From an uncultured delta proteobacterium (GTDB lineage Bacteria; Myxococcota; UBA727; VGSZ01): a DNA stretch of 64,000 nt. The position numbers and the translations under genes are program-made. The notes beneath the pieces are model-generated. The model saw only the letters and a program-made list of their open reading frames with translations, made no database searches and had not been told where the DNA came from. Below, in pieces: positions 1-10,000 of this stretch (position 1 is the first letter of the stretch; each line of letters begins with the position of its first letter). The stretch is from contig CAVZJB010000017.1 in the NCBI GenBank assembly GCA_963775425.1, forward strand, positions 96,001 to 160,000, written 5' to 3'.

Positions 1-1
1 C

Positions 2-946
2 GAGAGCGACGACACGGGCCAGGCGCTGCTCGCCGAGGTGCGCCTCGCCGACGGAGCGGTCTTGCGAGAGAGCCCCATCGCCGCCGGCCGCGCCCTCGAG
101 GCCGCGGCGGTCGTCGACGGGCTCGGCCTGTTCGCGCTCGACGACCAGGGCGGCCTCTGGCACGCCAAGGACGGCGAGGACGCCGCCGCCGGCGCCCACC
201 TCGTCGCCGAGCTCGGCGCCGGCTTCGCGGGCGCGGTCACGGACTTCCCGGCGAGCGGCTACACGGGCTTCCTGGAGACCGACGGACAGGATCTCTGGGC
301 GGCGCTCGTCGGCGAAGGCTCCGGCGACGCGCACCCCACGGCGCTCTTTCGCATCGCGCTGCGAGAGGACGACGACGGCGCGCTCTCGGCCGCCGTCGCC
401 GCCGGCGTCGCGGGTCTCGACGTGAAGTCGCTCACGCAATTGCGGCTGCACCGCGGCCGCGGGTACGTCCCCACGCAGCCCTTCGGCGTGCTCGTCTACG
501 ACCTCGGCGACGGGAGCTCCGCGCCGGCGCTGCTCAGCGCCGAGACGCTCGCGCCCTCCGGGGACGCCGTGGCCACCTTCGCCGCGGATCTCTCGTTTTT
601 GCCCGTCGTCGGCGGCGCAGCGGGCGACGAAAACGCGCTCATCCCCGGCGTCGACGCCACCGGCGTCGAAGGGTTCTTCGTCCTCGACGACGCCGGCGAG
701 GTGACGCAGGTGTCGGCGGCGGGCCCGTCGGGCATTCGCTCGATGGATTCCTTCGGACGCTTCGTGGTCGTAGGGACGCAAACGGACGGCGCCTTCGTCA
801 TCGACGGCGCGACGCTCGCCGCGCCCGCGCTGCAGCCGGTCTTGCAGCTCCCCGACGTCGCCAGCGTCGAGGAGCCGCGCGCCACGGCGCGGGGCGTGCT
901 CTTCGCCGACGGCGACGGCGGCGCGGCGTGGATCGTCCTTCGCTGA
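2..946 (+). CDS. C-terminal part of a secreted beta-propeller-like (LVIVD-like) protein; 5' end outside window
   Basis: Frame is open from the window edge with GC3-rich codons; repeated short beta-strand motifs (GYVPTQPFGVLVYDL, FVVVGTQTDGAFVID). Confidence 0.5.
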   Translation, partial: ESDDTGQALLAEVRLADGAVLRESPIAAGRALEAAAVVDGLGLFALDDQGGLWHAKDGEDAAAGAHLVAELGAGFAGAVTDFPASGYTGFLETDGQDLWAALVGEGSGDAHPTALFRIALREDDDGALSAAVAAGVAGLDVKSLTQLRLHRGRGYVPTQPFGVLVYDLGDGSSAPALLSAETLAPSGDAVATFAADLSFLPVVGGAAGDENALIPGVDATGVEGFFVLDDAGEVTQVSAAGPSGIRSMDSFGRFVVVGTQTDGAFVIDGATLAAPALQPVLQLPDVASVEEPRATARGVLFADGDGGAAWIVLR

Positions 947-1068
947 GCCCCTGACGCGCGCGCGCCGTGTGTGCGCGGGGGCGACACCGCGCATCGCGGG
1001 GTGTCTCCCTGCGGGCGGCGAGCGCCAGCCGGCCGTACACTGTCCCCCCACTTCCGATCGGGGGGTTC

Positions 1069-4000
1069 GTGAGACTTTGGTCCGGCTTCGCGACGTTCAT
1101 GCTTGCGCTCCCCGCACACGCTCTCACGGTCACCACCCCCGCAACGCAGACGGTCATCGCCGGGTCCACGCTCTCGTTTTCGGTCTCCTCGGACGCGAGC
1201 ACGTCGAGCAACGTCGTGTGGAGCATCCGCCGGGAGATCAAGTCGACGGGCATCGGCTGCCCGCTGCCCGGGACCGGCGGGAGCGTCGTGACCATGATCG
1301 GGGTCGCCATCGCCCCCAACAGCCCCTCGAAGACGGCGACGGTCACGTGGCCTGCCGAGAACACCGCGTACAGCATCGGGACGCACGCATGCTTCAAAGC
1401 CACGGCGTGCGTCGGGAGCACGTGCGCGGCGTCGGCGAACTTCACCATCACCGTGAACAAGTCGAGCAGCGACGAGCGCGCCACTGCGCGGGCGCACAAC
1501 ACGGTGGTGGACGTCGGCTCCCGCGGCGGGACCAAGGTCGCCATCTACGGGCGCCAGACCAGCATCCCCGCCGGCACCTCGGCGTCCAAGGTGCTCGAGC
1601 TCGCGCTCTGCCCGCCCGGCGGCGGCTGCTCGCCGCCGACGCTGCCGTCGTGGATCACGCCGGACGCCGGTGACCGCTACGGCGTGATCGCGACGCCGCC
1701 GTTCGGGACGACGCCGGGGCTGTGGCGCTTCCGCGTGAAGCCGCCCGCCATCACCTCCGAGGCCGAGCCCAACAACACCACGACGGCGGCGGACCCGATC
1801 ACCAGCGGGGTCAACGTCCACGGCAGCCTCTCGGCCATCATCGACAACAACGACCTCTTCTTCGTCGAGGGCGTCAGCGGCCAGACGCTCACCGCGCGGG
1901 AGCTGTCGCCCTGTCCGACGGTTGCCACCACGCTCACCATCCTCGCGTCCAACGGGACCACGTCCCTGGCCTCACGCAGCGTCGCCGCCGGCTCCTGCGG
2001 GTCCGTGTCCGCCACCATGACGTCGAGCTCGCAACACTTCATTCGCATCCACGCCACCGGCGGCACGTCGTACACCCTCCAGGCCACGGGTCCGTCGAGC
2101 CAACCCGCGCCGGGCTCGCGCTTCGTGGACCTGCGGCTCATCCCACCCGATGAGAGCCGGAGCGGCCGCTTCTACAGCAGCGGCGGCGGGTTGAGCTTCG
2201 CGGAGCGCGAAGTCGAGGCGAGCAACGATCAGGTCTCCGAGCCTGTCCACCTCAACCGCGGGCCTCTCCGCGGCGACATCGACCCCGCCGGCGACGTCGA
2301 CACGCTGCAGTTCTACACCGACGCCACCGAGCCGGAGACCTTCACGGTCGTCGCCAACGACGCCGGTCCCTGCCCGGCGTCGCTGAGGCTCAGGATCCGC
2401 GAAAACCAGCAGAGCGGCTTCGTCACGCTCGCGGACAGCGACGCCGCGCCCGGCGCGTGCCCGAGCATCCACGACTTCACCGCCCCGCGCGAGGGCGCCT
2501 ACTACCTCGAGGTCAGCGACGACGGCGGCGGGACCGTCGGCGGTTACCTCATCGTGCGGGGGTTTGCCGACGACGAGGTCGAGCCGAACGGCAGGGTGGG
2601 CAACGCCTCGCCCGCCACACCGGCGGAGAGCCGCATCCCGCGCGGCACGCTCGCCACGGTGTCGGATGTGGACAACTGGGAGATCGGGACCAACGTGCAG
2701 GTCGGAGACCTCATCGCGTCCCGCGCCACCGGCGTCGACGAGGTCTGTCCGGGGACGATGACGCTCAGCCTCGTGTACGACAACAGCTCCGGGAGCTGCG
2801 GCGACGTCGCCGCAGGCGTCGTCGTCCTCGACGCCGTCACCGGCGGCCCCGGAACCTGTCCCTCCTTCGACCTCGACACCGCGCCGTGTTCCGGGAGGTA
2901 CCTCGTCAGGGCGTCCAACGGTCCCGTCGACGACTACCGGCTCATCACCCGCGTGTTCCCCGCCAACCCGCCGGCGCCGAGCGTGACAGACGCCGGCGGC
3001 GTTTTCAGCAGCACGCACGCCCTCACCTACGGCACGTGCGCGTCCGCCGGCGACGAGCTCGGGATTCGCGGTTCCGCGTTCAACGACGTCACGCACGTCG
3101 CCATCTACGACGAGACCAGCAACTCGAGCGCGCCGACCTGCGGAGCGCCGAACGTGAGCGCGGCACGCGACGGTGCGGGCGTCTGTCGCTTCTTCGCGGG
3201 GCAGCCGATCCTCGACGGCAGCAGCCGAGGCATCAGCCGCGTGTACGACGAGGACGGCAACAGCTCCATCCTCTACGCGCCGGAGGCCGGCGAGTTCGGC
3301 GCGCCGGGCTCGCCGCTCCTGAAGAAGTTCCACGTCGTCGGCATGGCGTCCGGCGCGGACCCGCGCGACAACGCCGACGGCTTCTTCGTCACCAACGCGC
3401 TCTCCCTCGGCGACACCACGCTCCACTACAGCGACGCGCGCGGCGGCAACGACATGGAGTACGAGATCACCGACGAGTGCTCCACCTACTGCGGGATGCC
3501 CGGGTGCAACTCTTCGAGCGCCACCGCCTGCGGCGGCAAGGCCGCGTGTGTGGTGGACACGCCCTACCCCGAGGGCTCCCACGTCCGATTCAACCTCAAG
3601 CGCTACAACCGCAACGCCACGATGTCGCTGCAGAGGTGCACCTCCTTCTCCGACACCTCGTGCGGCCAGGGGCTCCTCGGCGCCACGTACACCGCCTCGA
3701 CGGACACGTTCGCGTGGGACGTACCGTCGAACGCAAACACGGCGCAGTATTTCTTCCGCGTTCACGCGCAGGGCGTGAGCACGTTCTCGGAGCCCAACTC
3801 CGACTTCTACTTCGTCGTCCGCACGCAGAACGTCGCCGCGCTCCTCGACACCGGAGCGGATCTCTTTCCTTCGTCGACGCGCATCGACCACCCGGAGAAC
3901 TTCGAGCCAGGGGTCGACACGCGCCTGCTTTTCACCGTGAGCACGCCGGCATCCCGCTCGCTGCTGCCGAACGATCACGTGTTCGTCCGCTACATCGTCG

Positions 4001-7000
4001 ACGCGGACTTCCATGATCCCACGCGGACGTTCAAGGTCGACGTCACCAACCGCGGCAACCAGGCGTCGGGAGCCACGAGCCTCGACGCCTTCCTGGTCGA
4101 TCCCGTCTTCGACGCCTCCGCCAACGTGAGCTATCCGCTGCCGCCCGACGCGGTCCCCTATCGCGCGATCGCCGTCGGCGGGCTCGCCGCCGGCGCCACG
4201 CAGACCGTGAGCTTCTCCCTGGCCGAGAACGACCTCTTCACCCAGGGCGCGCTCACCTCTCGCCCGCGCGCGCTGTACGTGAGCGTGGAGCGCCCCGGCA
4301 ACGAGCCGAAGACCGCCATCGGCAACAACGTCTCCGGCCCCTTCATCTTCGACGAGCAGGCGGGCGGCAGGAACCGCCACCGCGCCAACGACGCCTTCGT
4401 GGAGATCGAGAGCGTGACGCCTGCGGCCCCGAGCTCGGGCGACACCGTGGCCGTCTATGCCGTCGCGGAGTCGCAGCCGTGTCCCCTGTCCCCCCCCGAG
4501 CTCCTCCGCTTGTACGACGACCAGCCCTCGACACCGACGCAGGCGACCCTGAGCTCGGAAGAATTCACCTTGCCGGGCGGCGGCGGCCCCTCGGGCTGCA
4601 CCGCGGGGTTCACGCACGTCTTCGCCGCGGCCAAGCCGGATAACCCCACGAACACGCTGTCCATCCGCGCGTTCATCGACCCGACCGACGTGGTCACCGA
4701 GAGCGACGAAACCAACAACCAGGCGCCGTCGACGGCAAGCGCGTTCCCCCTGGTCGTGCAGAACACGCCGCCGACCTTCGCGTCCTCACCGCCCGTAGCC
4801 ACGCCCCCTGCGCTGGACGCGACGGAGGACCAGACCTACCTGTACGAGGCGGTCCGGATCTTCGACCCCGACCACGTCGACGCCGCGCGCATGACGCTCG
4901 AGGTCGTCGCTGGACCGGTGGGCATGGCGCTCGGTCCGCTGACCGTCCTCGACGACGGCGTGCAAGCGACGCTGTCGTGGGTTCCGACCGACGCACAGGC
5001 GCAGCCGGGGACGCAGAGCGTCACGCTCCGCGGTTGCGACCACGATCCGGTGGTCGGAGGGGTCGGGGCGTGCGCCACGCAGAGCTTCGTCATCACGGTG
5101 AAGCGTGTGGACGATCCGCCGGTGATCACTTCGACCCCGCCCACGTCTCCCCCCGACGGGCTCGTTCATGCCACGGAGGACGTCGCCGTCAGCTACACGA
5201 TGACGGCAAGCGACGAGGAAGGCGCGCCGCTCACGTTCAGCGTCGCTACGCCCCCGCCGCAAAACGGAGGCTTGAACCCGATGACGGTGACGCCGGTGTC
5301 GTCGACGTCCGCGAGCTTCACCTGGACCCCGGGGGATGACGGCGTCGGCATCAAGACGGCCGTCTTGAAGGTCACAGACGGCGTCAACGCCGTCCTGCAG
5401 ACCGTCACCTTCAACGTGGCGAACGTGAACGACGCCCCCGTCGCCGGCGCGGCGGCACCCACCATCGCCACCGAGGACCAGCCCTTCACCGCCACCATGC
5501 CCATCGCGGACGCCGACGTCGACGTCTCCGGCATCGCCCAGGCGTTCGCGTGCACCCTGGTGAACGCACCCGCGTGGGTCTCGGTGACCACCACGAACAC
5601 GGTGCCGCGCCACTGCACGCTCATCGGCACGCCCGCCAACGCCGACACGGGCAGCAACGACTTCACCGTACGCGTGACCGACGACGGCACGCCGGCGCTC
5701 TTCGGGGACCGGGCAGTGAGCATCGACGTGGCCAACGTCAACGACGCGCCTTCACTCGGCGCGCCGTCGTCGACGACCGCGACCCAGGGGCAGCCCTTCG
5801 CGGCGAGCCTCGACGTCAGTGACGCCGACCTCGCCGCGCCGGGCGCCGGCGAGACGTTCTCCTTCGCCCTGACCCAGGGCCCCGCCGGCATGACGCTCGT
5901 GCCCGGAGCAGCGTCCGTCACGCTGGAGTGGACGCCCGGCCCCGGCGACGTGAACCCGCCCACGGTGCCCGTCACGGTCCAGGTGACGGACGCCGGCGGC
6001 CTCAGCAGCTCGCGCAGCTTCACCATCTCCGTCACCAACGTGAACGACGCGCCGGTGCTGCAGGATCCCGCCGACACCACCATCACCGAGGGAGACTCGT
6101 TCAACACGACCCTGGTCGCCGTCGACGCTGACATCGCCGCGGGCCTCGACGACACCCTGACGTTCTCCATCGTGTCCGGCGCGCCGCCCGGCATGACCGT
6201 CGACGCCGCCACCGGCGCCGTCGCGCTCGGCCCCACGGACGACGCACAGGTGGGCAGCTTCACGGTCACCGTCCGCGTGCGCGACGCCGCCGACACCGGC
6301 ACCGACCAGAGCTTCGTCCTCACGGTGCAAAACGTCGAGGAGCCACCGGTGCTCGACGCCTTGACCGACGAGAGCACCGACGAGGACGCGCCCTACACGC
6401 GCACCGTCACCGCCACGGACCCCGACCCCGGCGCGACGGTCACCTACTCGCTCACGTCGCCGCCGGCGGGCATGACCATCGACGCCGTCTCGGGGGTCAT
6501 CGGCTACACGCCCGACAACGCCGCCGTCGGCGACCACGCCATCACCGTCGTCGCCACGGACAACACCGGCCGCACCACCACCGCCGGCTACACGCTGACG
6601 GTGGTCAACGTGAACGACGCACCGGTGATCACGTCTACGCCCGTCACCACGGCCACACAGGACCAACTCTTTACGTACACGCTCACGGCCGTCGACATCG
6701 ACGTCGGCGACACGCTGTCCCTGTCGACCGGATCGTTGCCGGCCTGGCTGTCGTTCAACACGAACACCGGCGTGCTCTCGGGCACGCCCCGCAACGCCGA
6801 CGTCGGTTCCCACGACGTCACACTTGTGGTGAGCGACGGCACGGTCTCGGTGACGCAGCCGTTCTCGATCTCCGTCGCCAACGTCAACGATCCGCCCGTG
6901 CTCGCGCCCATCGGCAACAAAGCAGTGAACGAGAACGCCTCCCTGACGTTCTCGGTCTCCGCCACCGATCCCGATCCGGGCAGCACCGTCACGCTCACGG

Positions 7001-10000
7001 TCACCGGGATACCGCCGGGCGCCGCGTTCGACTCCGGCAGCGGCGTGTTCACGTGGACGCCCACGTCGGCGGACATCGGCAACCACAGCGTCACGTTCGC
7101 GGCCAGCGACGGCGTCCTCGCGGACCAGGAGACCATCAACATCGCCGTGGGCAACGTGAACGACCCGCCCGTCCTCGACCTCATCCCCGATGCGGTCGTC
7201 GACGAGGGCGTCACGCTGTCGTTCACCGTGACCGCCAGCGATCCCGACGGGACCAAGCCGACGCTCAACGCCGTCGGCGGCCCCGGCAACGATCCGCTGC
7301 TCGCGGGCGCCACGTTCGACGCGGGGACCGGCACATTGTCGTGGGCCACCGACTTCGCCGACAGCGGCACGTACTTCGTGACGTTCTCGGCCAGCGACAG
7401 CGAGTTCACCGACACCGAGATCGTCCAGATCACCGTGAACGACGTCAACCGGCCGCCCGTCATCACGTCGACGGCCCCCGCGTCCTCCAACGAGGACGCG
7501 ATCTTCACGTACCAGGCGGCGGGCGCCGATCCCGACGGCGACGGCCTGTCATGGTCGCTCACCACCAAGCCCACCGGCATGAGCGTCGACGGGGCGACGG
7601 GCAAGGTCACGTGGGACCGGCCGCGGCAGGCGGACGTCGGGCCGCACGCGGTGGTGCTCCACGTGAGCGACGGCCGCGGCGGCTCCGCCGATCAACCCTT
7701 CACGCTGACCATCGCGAACGTGAACGACGCGCCGGTGTTCACGTCGACGCCGCCGCTCGGCGCGAGCGAGGACAGCCCGTACTCGTACACGGCCGCCGCC
7801 ACCGACGAAGACCCGGGAACGACGCTCACCTTCAGCGCTCCGGTCCTCCCGGCCTGGCTGGCGTTCGACGCGGCCACGCGCGCGCTCTCCGGGACGCCCG
7901 CGCAGACGGACGTCGGCGGCAACGATGTGGTGCTGCGGGTGAGCGACGGCGTCGTCGACGTCGACCAGGCCTTCACCATCGCCGTCGCCGCGGTGAACGA
8001 CCCGCCCGTCTTCACGGCACCCACGCCGTCAGGCACGGTGAACGGCAGCGAGGGCGCGCTCCTCACCTTCACCCTCGCCGCCGCCGACCCGGACAGCGCG
8101 AACCTCGCCTTCTCCATGACCGGGCTGCCCGCCGGGGCGTCGCTCGACGCGTCCACCGGCGCGTTCGCGTGGACGCCCTCGTTCACCGACGCCGGCACGC
8201 GCAACGTCACGCTCGTGGTCAGCGACGGCGCGCTGCAGGACACGCGCCCCTTGACGCTCGTCATCGCGAACACCGATCGGCCGCCGGTGGTCACCGCGCC
8301 GGCCACGGCGTCGGGCGCCGAGGGCACGCTCATCAGCTTCAGCGCGAGCGGCTCCGATCCCGACGGGGACGCCGTCACCTTGTCGCTCCTCTCCGCTCCC
8401 GCGGGCGCCGCCTTCGACGCGGCCACCGGCGTGTTCTCGTTCACGCCGGACTTCACCCAGTCGGGCACGCAGACGGCCACGTTCCGCGCGACCGCCGGCG
8501 GCCTCACGGGCGACGCGACGACCACGATCACGGTCACCGACGTCAACCGGCCTCCGGTCGTCACCTCCACCGCGCCCACCAACGCCGACGAAGACGCGCT
8601 CCTCACGTACACCGTCACGGCCAGCGATCCCGACGGTGACGCGCCGCTCACCTTCGCGCTCACGGTGGGCCCGTCCAACGCGGTGCTCGGCCCGACGTCG
8701 CCCGTTTCGCCGACGGCGGCGCTCCTGTCCTGGACCCCGACGCAGGTCCAGGTGGGGACCAAGCAATTCGAGATCCGCGTCAGCGACGGCCGCGGCGGCG
8801 TCGTCAACCACGACTTCGCCGTCGTCGTCGCCAACGTGAACGACGCCCCGGTCTTCGTCTCCGCGGCGCCCACGGCCGCGACGCAGGACGTCCCCTACAC
8901 GTACGCGCCCAGCGTCGTCGACGAAGACGGCGACGCGCTCGCGTTCAGCCTCCCCACGGCGCCTGTGGGTATGACCGTGAACGCGGCCACCGGCGCGCTC
9001 GCATACGCCCCGCGCAACGCGGACGTCGGCAGCCACGACGTCGTGCTGGTCGCGGACGACGGGCACGGCGGGAGCGCCACGCAGAGCTTCACTATCGTGG
9101 TCGCCAACGTGAACGACGCTCCGGTGTTCGCGGCCAGCCCGGCTCCGGCCGGCGCCGTGCTCCAGGACGAGACCTTCTCGTTCACGCCGTCGGTGAGCGA
9201 CCCCGACCCAGGCGACACGGTCACGCTCGGCCTCGTGTCCCCGCCCTCAGGCATGACCCTGGTGAACGGCGCCGGCAACGCGAGTGGTCCGCTCGACACC
9301 GTGACGTGGACGCCGACCAACGACGACGTCGGCGTGCGCACGGGCCTCGTGCTCCGCGCCACCGATCCGCACGGCGCCACCACCGATCTCACCTTCGACC
9401 TCACCGTCGTCAACGTGAACGACCCGCCCTTCTTCGTCACGGCCCCCATCGACGCCGCCGTCACCGAGGACGCGCTGTTCGCCGCCGACGTGTTGGCCGA
9501 CGACATCGATCTCGGCGATCCGCTGGTCTACACGCTCATCGCCGCGCCCCCGCGCGCGTCCATCGACGCCGACACCGGCGCGCTCACCTTCACGCCCGAC
9601 GACGCCGACACGGGCAGCGCGTCCCCGGTCACCTTCACGGTGCGCGCGGAAGACCTCGCCGGCGCGTTCGTCGAGCAGACCGCGCGCTTCACCGTCACCG
9701 CCGTGAACAATCCTCCGGTGCTCGCGCCCATCTCCGACGTGCAGGTGCAGCCCGGCGACACCGTCACCATCACCCTGTCGGCCACGGACCCCGACGGCCC
9801 CGTGCAGACCTTCATCGCCACGGCCTCCGACGGCGGCCCGCTGCCCGCGGGCGCGTCGCTCACCGGCAACGTCTTTTCGTGGCTCACCGACAGCGGCGAC
9901 CTCGGCGTCTTCAATCTCACGTTCAAGGTCTCCGACTCCGTCGCCGTGGACAGCCAGAACGTCACCGTCATCGTCGGCGACGGCGGGTTGCCGCCGGTGC

